Assembly: GCA_032718475.1 (NCBI GenBank)
Contig: JAUCBJ010004567.1
Coordinates: forward strand, 1 to 41,384
From: Nemertoderma westbladi
Lineage: Eukaryota > Animalia > Xenacoelomorpha
Direction of reading: 5' to 3'
DNA: 41,384 nt
The position numbers were made by a program, and so were the translations under genes. Position 1 is the stretch's first letter. Each line of letters starts with the position of its first letter. Shown piece after piece: positions 1 through 12,001 of this stretch. Under the pieces are notes generated by a model. That model was given only the letters and a program-made list of their open reading frames with translations, made no database searches and was not told where the DNA came from.

Positions 1-1225
1 CTGAAAATCCGTATAAATCGATTTTATTGTATTAAAATATTCTTTTGGTCCAATTGTAAATTGGAAGCAAACAAACAGCGAAATTAATGAAATTACAATT
101 TTTTTATTTTGTGCATCACGCGCTTTATTGCCCGCGGTTGATGGTTTCCGCAATTTCATAATTATTGGCGTGTAGAACGCGATGCAGAGAATACTGGGCA
201 GAAATGAAATGAAAAAGGACTGAAAAACGCGCATAAGTTTTGTTTTATAACCAAAATTATCAGGAAAAAGATCTTTGGCGGGACAAGTAATTGTTAGTGG
301 AGCAAATGTTGCCCAACCTAGTACCACAACCTGAGAGCTGTCATGGAAATCGTTAACATTATTTTTATTGCAAATTATCATTTGGTAAATGGAGGAAAGT
401 CTAAACGAGTATAAAATCGGAATAGATATAATAAAAGAGAAAACCCAGCAGAAAAGGATCCAACAAGCTATGAGATTCATCGATGGTCGAGGGTGTGTAG
501 GAGTCATTATTGCACGGTATCGATCGTATGCAATGAATACCATATGATAGGAACTCGAATAGATCGAAACATAGTCGATGTAATTCTGTATCTAAAATAA
601 TATAATAAAATACTATAGCTATAGGTACTTAAAGTAAAATATATTGAATATTTATGAATATTTAATACAATATTGTAGATTATGAATACAGAATACCTGT
701 ATCACAATTTAGCTGTGCAATAAATATCAATTTGTATGTCAATCAGAATAATTCCTTTTCTTCAACATCTGTTAACAGCTGGATTCAATTTCGTCTTTCT
801 TCCTCCACTAACTTCTTTCTCCCTCTCATTCACTCTTAGATCTTCCCTTTATTTTCTTCCCCTTTCCTTAGCGACCTCTAGACCTTCTTCCTCTGCGTCG
901 GTATCTCTTGGAACTTACTACATCTGGCCAACCCCCCTTAATCCCTGCCCCATATTATAGTTTGTGCGACGTCTGTTTGTTAGCTGCCTCTAATTGGTTT
1001 ACTAGGCGGAGTTTTAAGGAAATAAATAAATAATGGTTATTATTATATTACTCCTCTACAAATTATGTAATGATTCTGGTGTCAATGGAAAAGGTATAAA
1101 TATATATTAATTAATTATATTAAAGGTTAACAGTATTCAGGTGAACGATGGCCTCCATCTCTCTAAGATTATACGTCAAATTATTGGTTATATTTTATTT
1201 TATTATTGGTTAAATACAAGGAGAC

Positions 1226-1325
1226 GTCGGCGTTACGTTGTGCCGACAGTCTCGGTGTTACGTTGTGCCAACAGTGTCGGTGTTACGTTGTGCCGACAGT
1301 GTCGGCGTTACGTTGTGCCGACAGT
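1226..1325 (+). repeat. Four tandem 25-bp units (GTCGGCGTTACGTTGTGCCGACAGT)
   Basis: Units start at 1226, 1251, 1276 and 1301. Each unit is internally palindromic (GTCGGC...GCCGAC). Inverted copies occur at about 9501-9567. Confidence 0.9.
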
Positions 1326-3042
1326 GTGGCGGACTAAAACCTAAATAGAAATAGATGAAACGACCCAACAGGTAGTTGGGCGCTAAACCGCACAGTTTAC
1401 CGCAGCCCATTTAATCAATGTTAAAACAATTAATGTAATTTCCTGTTGAATTCACAGGCGACAGACAGACAATCAGGTACCGCAACGGTACCGTTGGGTG
1501 TGAACGTGCTCCGGGTAGTGTACCGCTCGCTTACTGCTTCAATACCGCCAGACTACTTTACCGCTCACGCACAGTAGGATGTGAACGGGGCTTAACCGCT
1601 TCAATTCTGCTAGACTAACCGTGTACAAAGGTCTCAGGAATTCTTAGCTGAACTCATTAGAGACAGAGTGTCGCCAATTAATAGGCTTCTCACCATGTAA
1701 CAGGCCCAGGTACTATATAACTAGAATTAGGACACCTTCAGACAGTGTTGCCATTTCATAATGGTGAAATCTATGGTAAAAAAAAGCAAACCTCAAGTAC
1801 CGGTGCCGGTACTTTTGATCTGGAACAAAGTGCAACCCTCCTGTGAAACAAAAATTAAACATCGCGACAACCCAAACAAACCATAGGAATTCTTTACATA
1901 CAGGTCGCAGTAATAGGCCAATCAGTTCTGTAAAGAGAGTCTCCACTGGGACCTTTTCCACCTCACCACCGAAATATTCATAATCAACAGACGAGAGACA
2001 AACAAACACAATGTCTGCTAGTACCGGTAATGAAAATGATGATGGCTTCCACATCCACACTCCAACACAACTAGATTTATCCTATCCCATCAACTGCACA
2101 CATTCCCCAAGAACAAGCATACCCCTGATAAACTTGGATACCCCTATACCCCTATACATCCAAAGCACCCCCGTACGCCTCCCACTCCGTAAAACACACC
2201 CTATCCAGGTAGATACATCCCAGGTACCAACTACATCTCAAATCTAACAACAATCTAATCAACATCTAAATCTTTTTCCAGATAATAATAGAAATTACTT
2301 AAATACTGAGGATGTTGTCAGGGCTGTTACGAAACCATGTCACAAGACTTCACCAATCCAGATGGTACTACTGGTTCAGACACAAAACTAAATGATGTTC
2401 ACAACTCTTCAAGCTCCAGCTCCTCTATCACTTCTGAAGATGACAATAATAAATACCTGCTAAATACTATAAATCCAACTTCCTCAACTCTGTGCGATCC
2501 TGGGAAAGAGCCATCCATATATGAAACAAAGCATAATCGTATAATTTCTAATCCAGAAACAATAGATGATTTCATTCAACACAATAACTCCTGGAAAATA
2601 CCACGAAATCCACTTCTCGGCATCCAGCATGCGCTTCTCAGGGAAAACAACAGAGCGCAAAATGCAATCTAAAAATACCTATCTCAAACAGATTCAGTGA
2701 GCTTGATATTGACACTAAAATATCAACTTTAATAAAACAACAAAACGACTTTCTCAGTAACCTCAATCAGATAAACTCCAGAGCACAATCTCTAAGAAGC
2801 AATTCCCAACATTCTCAAGCCTCATAGGTAAACATCAGAAACCACCATAATAACAACAGTACTACCAGTAATGAAATGGAAACTTTCACAATCTTAGTGT
2901 CTGGACTCCCTAGCAACTGCAACTCTCTATCTCTATCTAACTTCTGTCATGGGCAAACTGGAACATTCCCTGCCGATATCAAGGTGAATGATTCACAAGG
3001 CACCCACCAAGGCAGGGTAGCTTTGGTCACTGTCCGGCGCCA

Positions 3043-5784
3043 GATAGATAGATTTATTTTATACATTATGTAAAAACAATAACAAATACACCAAACAATG
3101 TACCGGTATAAAGGTAATGTCCAACATAACATATAGGATTACCCCTAAAGCTTTGCAGCTTATTTCCAAGGGGGTCCTTTATGTTACTTGGTTACAAATA
3201 CAATATTACACTACGCTAACCTAAAACCAATATAAAACGTAATTACACTATGTACATGTACAACTTTACCGAGAGCGTGACAATGCCCGACTCAACGATA
3301 AAGATGTAATGTACAGAACAATTTATTATAAAACGTAATTACAGTATAAATAGTAAATAATTAATAAACTAATAACTTACTGTAGGACTATTGTACCTAT
3401 TTTTACATTGCACACGGAGATGAGATTTAACTGCAGATTTAAAAGAATGTTGATTATTTAGGTTTTTAATTTCATTAGGCAGAGCGTTCCAATTTTTTAT
3501 GCCGTTAAAAAAGAAAGTATCAGATTCAAAGGATTTACAGTTCGGGAGGTAGAAGTTTGAAGCACTAGCTCTGGTACTGTAAGAGTGTGTATCGCGTACT
3601 CTGTTGAATTTTTGTTTTAGGTAATTGGGACATTTACCATTATACACTTTATGCACATGGTTAAGGCGTAGCTGCTTAACTCTACTATCTAAGTTAAGTA
3701 GTCCAGATTCAGAAAAGTCATCTGGAGTTAGGTGGTGCCTAGGTTTGTAGTCTTTAATAAATCGTACTACTTTATTCTGAGCTACTTGTAATTTACATTT
3801 AAGCTGTTTGGTTAAGCCTTCATACCAAGAAGAGCACGCATAGTCCATGTGACACTGTATTAAAGAAGAGCAAAGTAACTTGCGGGAGTCGGTGTTCAAA
3901 CTATTTTTATTTCTGTATAGAAACCTAAGCCTACTGTTAACTTTCGAGAAAATATTTTTCACTGTACTTTCTCCTGATAAGCAGTTATCCAATGTGGCGC
4001 CTAAATATTTAACTTCCTTTTTATTTTCAATCTTATGTCCATTACTAGTGACTTCAAACTTAGTTACCTTCTTTAACTTTCTTTTGGAACCAAACAAAAA
4101 ACTTTCAGTTTTACCGTAGTGAATGGATAGCTTATTATCAACCAACCACTCATTACAGGATTCTAGAACTGCACTTAACTTTTGGGAAATATGGATAGGA
4201 TCTTTATGAGAGAAAATAAGAGCACTGTCGTCGGCATATAAAATCAGTTTAAAATCGGGATCTATACTACTTATCATATCATTTACATAGCATACAAAAA
4301 GCAGAGGACCTAATATACTACCTTGCGGTACACCACAGGTAATCTCTTGTACAGTAGACAGCGATTTGCTAATGACTACAGTTTGACCTCTGTCTGACAG
4401 GTAGGACTTGAACCAGTCTATAGAACCTACACCCATCAGGCCTAACTTACCAAGCAGAATTTCGTGATCTACAGTATCGAAAGCCTTTTGTAGGTCCAAC
4501 ATTACCATACCAGTATATAAACCCTTTGCGTTATTACATCTAATTGTATCAGTTAAGTTAATAAGGCAGGTGTCTGTAGAATATGATTTACGAAAACCGG
4601 ACTGAAGTTCATAGATCAGATTTAGCCTACTAAGATGTGCCTCCAGCTGTAGAAAAACAGAACGTTCTAGAATTTTAGATACAATACTTAAGATACTAAC
4701 AGGTCTGTAATTACAGGGTTCTACTTTACTATTCTTTTTATACAGAGGAACAACCTTAGCTAATTTCAGTTCGTCTGGTACTACATTATCTACGATAGAG
4801 TAATTAATAATAAAAGTAATAGGCACTTTAAGTACTTCAGCACCATCCTTAAGAAAACGGGCAGGTATTAGATCTAGACCGGTACTTTTTGAGGCTGATA
4901 GGCTAAGTAGATTTTTAAAAACGAAATCCTCAGAAACGGGTTTTAAAAATAACTTTTCTGAATTTTGTAACTTTTCTAAATAAAAATTTTTTAGAGTTTC
5001 GGACCCTATACTATATTTATTACTTGATAACGGTAATTTCTTAACTAAATTAGAGGCAACATTAGTAAAATAATTATTAAATAAATTACTAACTAGAGTA
5101 TGATCATGAATCAGCTCACCGTTATCTTGCAGAACAATATTCGATTTAGATTTGAGGTTTTTACAGTATAACCTAAAGATTTTAGGGTAGACCATAGACT
5201 TTTAGGATTATCTTTATTCTCACTTATTTTGTTGTACAAATATTCAGATTTCGCTTTTTTTATTTCCCGTTGGACAAGGTTTCTATATTTGCAGTAATTA
5301 TTATAATCAGCTAAAACACGGTATTTCCTAAATTTATACAAATAGTTATCTCTTTCTCTGATATTACTAAGAATACCCGAGGTCATCCAGGGCTCAGTGC
5401 GTTGTTTAAGACTAATTTCTTTAATTGGTGCTACAGTATTAAGTGCCTTTAAAAATATATCTTTAAAAACAGTGTACGCAAGGTTAATGTCAGCGGCCTT
5501 AAAACAGGGTTCCCAGTCAGAATTAACTAACAAACTTAAAAAGCGTTCCTTGCTGTAATTTTTCATAGACCTAACTGTTACTGTTTTATGATCCCCGAAA
5601 AAAGATTTTTGTGTCTTTCTTGTGCAAAAAACTATAAAATGATCGCTTAGACCTATAGGTAAAACCCCAGATTGAGAAATAATATCGGTATTATTACAAA
5701 GGATGTGATCTAGTAAAGTAGAAGTTTTACTGGTAATTCTGGTAGAATCTCGAATAATTTGTTTTAAACCAAACAAATTTAATT
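3043..5784 (-). mobile_element. 5'-truncated LINE of the CR1/L2 group (Crack-like)
   Basis: Encodes the end of the APE domain (TLLDHIL, SDHF) and a full RT. The 3' end has AATAAA followed by a (TCTA)n tail. A 6-bp TSD GCGCCA lies at 3037-3042 and 5785-5790. Confidence 0.92.
3369..5784 (-). pseudogene. LINE ORF2 (endonuclease C-terminus + reverse transcriptase) with a single frameshift at about 5162-5168
   Basis: ORFs 5111-5791 and 3369-5195 overlap. Motifs [42 protein letters not shown]. Confidence 0.92.
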
Positions 5785-8700
5785 GCGCCATGAGTTATCT
5801 ACTTATATCCAAGAAGCATTCTGGCCTGGGTCCAATATAAAAATATATCTTAATCCACCTACAAACAAACAAACTCCACACAGCATTTCCCCTACCTTTT
5901 CCAATTCGACTGGTACTGCCTCTGGTAATCAATCACCAACATGATTGTCTTGGTAAAGACAATCAACTGTAGGACTACAACCACTGGGAACATGAATATT
6001 TCTTCCTCAAAACAGAACCATTGCAGTCGTAAAACCTTTCTCCCAACACCTCTCCTGAGACAATCTAGCAAGTGCCAAAGGATCAACCCCTATGTAGCAG
6101 TGCAGTCTCTCTGCACCAGCCTCTAGAGATCTAACCAACACCATTTTTAGAAATACCAAAGAATACCTGCAATCACCACTTTGACCATGAAGCTCTAAAA
6201 GATAGTTACTCTACTAGGCAGATTACAAATGGATTTTTATCAAAAATGGGAAATATCAATAAAGACGACAATGAGACTAAAATGACCATCTCCATCACTA
6301 CTACTCCATCTCCATCTCCATCACTACCATCAATTGTCAGGGGTATCTAAGAAACAAAGACTATGTTTGGTCAATTTTAATTAAAGACAATCCAGACATT
6401 CTCGTTTTGCAAGAACACTGGCTTAGTGCTAGACAAGCTATATTCCACTTTCATCCCCAAAGAATACCACCAGGGTATAAATGTATATACTCTGTGTCAA
6501 ATCAAATGTATGTTCCGAAATTAAGGGTTCGGGGAGAAGGTGGGGTGGCCATATTCATAAGAGAAACCATACTGCTCTAGAATAGAAACTGATTCTGACA
6601 GGGCAGTTGGTATCTCAGTCAAAGGTTACTTTAGTGAGAATGTTGTCATTATTGGTGAATATTTGCTGAGTGACTGTGGACTCAATGGCAATCGTGCAGA
6701 TTATCTGAAAGAATGTGCTCTACTATCTAATATAATAGAAGATTCATCATGCCAGCAAATTATAATAGCGGGGGACATTAATGGAACACTCCCCAAAAAC
6801 AATATGGGGAATATACACTCATCTAATTTTGGAAATATCTTTGTAGACAGTATAAAAAACCACTTCAACCTGCATATATCCGCTGCAGCAGATATCACAC
6901 TTGGTTCCAATGTATCATATCGTCTAGTCTAAGGATGGTACTATACTGCGATCCTCTCTAATAGATTATATATATTGCAGTCTCAAGTGACATTTTTAAG
7001 ACATTTTCCATACTAAAATCAGAAATCAAGAATACAACACCTGACATCAATGCAGACAATCTTCACACAAGATATACTCAGTTTTCAGCCAGGGAGAGCG
7101 AGATATAAAACCAATCCTACAACAAGACCAATCTGATAACACTGATCCTACAGAACTAGTGACTCCCGACATGGTAGCTGAAGCCATCAAATCTCTGCAT
7201 AAGGGAAAGGCAACTGACTCCAAATCACTCAGTGCTAAACACCTTATTTATGCTCCGACAGGTGAAATATGCGGGGTACTAGCATGACTCCCTCTATGAC
7301 AACTAGCCTGTTAATTCCCATTGTAAAAGGTAGTGGCAGAGATATTCACAACACAGGGAGTTATCGAGGAATTTCTGTCGTATCTATAGTGACTAAGGTA
7401 TGGGAGATGCTAATATCGGTGGAAATAAAGGCAATTGAGACTAGCGACCTCCAATTTGGATATAAACCAAAACTAAATACAGAACTTCCTCACCTCCTGG
7501 CTAGCAAAATTATAAAGTATTTCATCCAAGGTGGATCCCCTGTACATCTGCTGTATTTAGATCTTTCGAGTGCTTTCGATACTGTCAGCTACTCCAAACT
7601 ATTTTAGAAACTAGACAAAACATCCTTGAATAAGTCTACCCTATCTGAACTCTACTCATATTATTCTCAATCGCAAGCCATCTTAAGTATTAACCAATAT
7701 ACCTCACAAGATCCTATTCAGGTCAAATGTGGTGTCCGACAAGGCGGGTTCTTTCACCACTTCTCTTTAACATTTATTTATCTGATTTATTTAGAGAACT
7801 TAGCGCATCACACAGAGGACTACACATAAATCATCAGTGCAATTCATTACTAAGCTATGCCGATGATATACTTTTACTCGCCAATCTACTATCAGATTTA
7901 GAGGCTATGCTGGAAATATGTCAGAAATACTTTATAAGTCATAATCTTGTCTTGAATGTAAAAAAACCCACTACATGATCTGCAACCCTAAGGGAGGATA
8001 TACAAAGGAACAATCCCTCTTACAAATCAGTGGTTTAACTGTCAACCCTAAAAATAAATGTGACTTTCTGGGTCTACCGTTGCCTGCTACAAAGGAAAAT
8101 TTGTCTAATCACTTCTAACAGAAGCTATGGGTAAATGTCTCTAAGGTAAATGTAAAGGTAATGCGGGTTAGCTGTTGATACAGTTCCACTACAGGTCACA
8201 GCCATGATATGGAGGTCTTTATGTATTCCGTCAGCAATGTATGGTGCAGCGTTAATAAATTCATCCCTTATAGATAATATTAATACCATCTTCCGAAAAG
8301 CAATGCGGTCAATTTTGAGATTAGGGAACTACATTTCAGATGATGTTCTATACGCTCTTTTCTCTACACACAGCTTAACCACCTTCATTACGAAATCTAA
8401 ATGCAGGGACATATATGGGGCATTTAACAGCGGGAATGACAAGATGGTTTACTTTTTCAGCCATATTCTATCACGGCACTTGTGTGGTCTGCAGAATGAT
8501 GACATTTTTGAAGACTACCAAATCGAGTCATGGAGATCCGGTCTGCCAAGTCTGCAGTCATTGTGCTAGCATCAGTACTCATTACAGCGATGTTTTAAAG
8601 ATACCAGTAACACAGGCGAAATTGTACGATTTAGGGATCAACATAACTATGTATATTTGTGGTCACTCCTGAATAACATCCATCACACTTTTACTAACAA

Positions 8701-9247
8701 GAAAGAATGTATTTACGAGTACTATGGTATACCATATAAGTCTACATGAGAAATCTTTGCTAAAGCTTGCTTATTTTGTTATTAACTCAATAAGAGGGGG
8801 GGGGGGGGGGGTAATAAATATGATATTGTCATTGGGGTTATCTATGTTTATACTATATGGCAGATGGATGGACAAATCGCCTGACAATACATCGTTTATT
8901 TTGGGCTTTTGGGAAAATAAAGTATACTATGGTTGGACAAATATTCACATTCTGTAACCATATGCCTCATGAATATTTCATTTGGGGAGGGGGGGGGGGG
9001 GGGCTAATATGTATTTAATATTATTTTAATTTCCTTTGTGCTTTTGCTTTTTATATGCCAGATTTGATAAATAATCCCGACAACAGTAAAATCTACAGTA
9101 CTATGAGCATTTCTGAGTTTTGTGCATATTACTTACACTGAAACTGCATAATGATTTTTTACATATGCAACTTGTGCAACTGTAACTATATTTACTTGTG
9201 CAACTATACAAACTTACTCCACCATATATATCTGTCACATTTTATAT

Positions 9248-9330
9248 TTTAATCAGTGCATGACAATTTTATTTTGTGTTTAACTGAATATAGCCACCGG
9301 GGCGTAAACCGGGAATGAAATGAAAAATGA
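9248..9330 (-). repeat. Dispersed repeat, inverted copy of 37790-37875
   Basis: TTTAATCAGTGCATGAC...CCGGGAATGAAAT is the reverse complement of ATTTCATTCCCGG...GTCGTGCACTGATTAAA. Confidence 0.7.
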
Positions 9331-9500
9331 CTCTATACTGAAGCTACACAAAGGAGCAGGATAAGATGAGAAGTGATTTTCTAATAATAACGTACACAAT
9401 CAGATTATTACATACTCCTTCTTTAACAAAGCCGCATCCAACTCCCTAAATAGCCTGTGTGCTGTATACGTGATACGTGATATACGTGACTGTATATGTG

Positions 9501-9567
9501 TTACGCCGACACTCATCACATTATCTGCACACTGTCGGCACAACGTTATGCCGACACTGTCGGCACA
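9501..9567 (-). repeat. Inverted copies of the 25-bp unit at 1226-1325
   Basis: ACTGTCGGCACAACGTTATGCCGACACTGTCGGCAC is the reverse complement of the unit. Confidence 0.85.
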
Positions 9568-10116
9568 GCATTTGCACCCGAGTATTTGGGTGTTATATCG
9601 GCTGTTTGAAATTCATTCAATTTACATCAAATTTCTGTAGAAACTGGAATTAAATTATTTAATAATGAAAATCGCACCCATTGCCACCACATATGCATTA
9701 ACCACCCTTGCACTTAAATTAAATAAATTAATAATAATAAATTATTAAAAATCAACAAACCTTCATCAAAGACATTCTACATAACACCCAAATCCAATTA
9801 AACTCAGACGTTCTAGAACTCTACAAACTATATCGATCTAATCGCAACGAAAATTTCAACCAACAACAATACGAATTAGGACCGGCATTCAAGTCAAATA
9901 CTTGGAGAAACAGTAACCAGGAAAACCAACAAATAATAACAAGATTTACATCTCACGGCTTCCATACTTCTCTCCATTGTCCAACCTCCGAATATATCTT
10001 TAAATTCCGTCTCAACTTCGCCAGTCACCGATACAACGCCCTTGCTTGCCTACAGAGCCCCCCTTTATCAACTCTAGCTAACCTCTAGCTACCTTATATT
10101 ATGTTATGCTGCGGGC

Positions 10117-10347
10117 AAGCAGCAGCTTGGTCTAGTGGTGACATTACTGTGCTTCCGATAAGGGAGCCCAGGTTCGATCCCATGGGGCAGCACTGTTTGG
10201 GCACAGTGCTTTAAATGCTGCAGCATAGCCCAACCCCGGCTTTCATCCTTCAGTGGTCGATAAATGGGAACCAAGGCAACTTGGGAAACAGAGTGGAAGG
10301 GTTTACTGTGGAAAATCACCCATGGTGGTGAACAGGCATTCCTTGGC
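10117..10347 (+). mobile_element. tRNA-derived SINE (family A); 3' remainder probably at 11873-11910
   Basis: A box TGGTCTAGTGG and B box GGTTCGATCC. The central CTTTCATCCTTCAGTGGTCGATAAATG resembles the body of the SINE at 25424-25707. Split at a TTAA by a piggyBac-like element. Confidence 0.75.
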
Positions 10348-10351
10348 TTAA

Positions 10352-11868
10352 CCCTATTAGTACCGGGCTATAAAATGTTGTACAAATACCGGGGGGGGGG
10401 GGTCATATTGACCCCCCCTCTAAAATCTACAAAGTTTTACGAAAACGTCTGATTTTTTGTTTGTACGCAGGTATCACTAGTCAGGTTCCGACCGAAAAAA
10501 AAAATTTTCGAAAAAATGTACTGGGGTGGTTATATTGCAGCACCAAAATTACAAGTAGTGCACAATTTTCAGAAAATTTGAAACTTACATTTTTCGTCTA
10601 ATTGTTTTTCAATACAGGTTTTCTGGGGCGCAAAATACATTGGAAGATATTTAAAAATGATATGATTACTATAAATGGCTGTTTAGTCCTCTCTGCGTCC
10701 GAAAAAAAATGAAAAAAACAAGTAACCAGCACTTTTCAGTTAGAACACAAAATTTTTTATTCACTTATACGATGCTATAAATTCACATTTTCAGGTTTTC
10801 TAGGGCGCTGATTCTAATGGAATACATTTCTAAAATGCCCCATCATTGCTACTTGTATTTTTCGACGTAATTTGGCAAATTTTGGTGCTAGGACCAAATT
10901 TCGTACCCATCTGATTCCATCGGATTCAGGACCCTCATAAACCCGTATAACGCAATAAACAAGATGATACTATCCACTGATCAATTTGCTTATTTTCCAA
11001 AATTTGGTGCTGGCACAACAATTTTCACCCACCGGCGAAAAATACAAGTTTGAAAACTCTCATGAAATTTTTACTGATTCCATTGAATTCGGAACCCTCA
11101 CAAACCCGTATAACGCAAGAAACAAGGTGACACAATCAATTTATATATTTGATGGTTTTCAAAATTTGGTGCTAGCACCACATTTTGCACCCACTTCCGA
11201 AAAATACAAGTTTGAGATGCCTAGATCGAAAATTATATATTCCATTCAATTCAGAATAGCCATAAACCTCTAAAACGCAAGAAATAAATTGTCACAAACA
11301 ATTTTATCAATTGAATTGATTTTCAAAATTTTGTGCTAGCACCAAAATTTGCACCCACCACCGAAAAATACAAGTTTGATACGCTTGGTGCAACTCGTAT
11401 ATATTTCATCGAAACCAGAACCCCAAAAAACCCCAATTGCGTAAAAAACAAGTTTCACACAATCAATTTACAAAATTGACATATTTCAAAATTTGGTGCT
11501 GGCACCAAAAATTGGCACCCGCCGAAAAAAACAAGTTTGAAATTTCTAAATCAATTTATATGAATTCCATCCAATTTCTAACACCAAAAAATTGGTGTAA
11601 ATCAATAATAGAGATGTTACAATTCATATTTAATGAAATGTAATTTTCAAAAAACGTCTCAAAAAAAGTGCCAAAAGTAGGGTTAAAAAATGGTGTTATA
11701 ACTCGAAAACTACCCAATATTTTTGAAAACGGTTTTCACTACTAGGAAGACAATAGATTTTTAGGAAAAGTCATAAAATTTCAGATACCCAACTGCGTTT
11801 GTTTCAGAATTATAATAAAAAAACCACGGGGGGGGGGTCATATTGACCCCCCCCCGGGTTTAATAGGG
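10352..11868. mobile_element. Non-autonomous piggyBac-like DNA transposon
   Basis: TTAA at 10348-10351 and 11869-11872. TIR CCCTATTA..CCGGG. A subterminal palindrome G(n)TCATATTGAC(n) at both ends. No transposase. Confidence 0.85.
10900..11600 (+). repeat. About four diverged ~163-bp tandem units inside the piggyBac-like element
   Basis: The anchor AATTTGGTGC (or a variant) recurs at 11001, 11163, 11327 and 11490. Confidence 0.8.
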
Positions 11869-12001
11869 TTAACGAGTCTAAAAGATTCTCCCATTCATTA
11901 TGTTATTATTTTACAAATTCCAGATATTTTATAGTATTGCAGTTTTACCCCGATTGGGTGTGCAAAGATTTATATATAATAAAATAAAATAATATATGTA
12001 T

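Larger units (their letters stand above)
2011..8700 (+). mobile_element. Degenerate non-LTR retrotransposon (ORF1 + APE-RT ORF2; RTEX/Proto2/Daphne-like), interrupted by a LINE at 3043-5784
   Basis: APE motifs from about 6320 (TINCQG, DILVLQEHWL, GEGGVAIF, IIIAGDING, IDYI). RT motifs YRGISVVS, QFGYKP, LYLDLSSAFDTV, GVRQGG, LSPLLFNIY, YADD. Many stops and frameshifts. The Ser/Asn-rich ORF1 rejoins across the insertion as ...ALVTVRRH-ELSTYIQEAFWPG. Boundaries are approximate. Confidence 0.85.

Noticed and set aside
1226-1325. CRISPR-like palindromic repeats
   Set aside because: The units abut with no unique spacers, there are no cas genes and the context is eukaryotic.
1490-1595. Harbinger-like right TIR (TGTGAACGGGGC-TTAA)
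   Set aside because: No matching left TIR or TSD was found in the window.
3378-5440. Other TACAGTA/TACTGTA words inside the LINE ORF2 as footprints
   Set aside because: They are in frame and encode expected residues (for example DTVD), so only the copy at 5162 is supported.
9826-9850. Minus-strand LDRY as a possible GPCR TM3 exon
   Set aside because: It is not preceded by a hydrophobic helix, a stop follows within three codons and there is no splice context.
10117-10190. Functional tRNA genes (also 25630-25707 and 40850-40940)
   Set aside because: A and B boxes are present but there is no proper cloverleaf, and two of them continue into SINE bodies.
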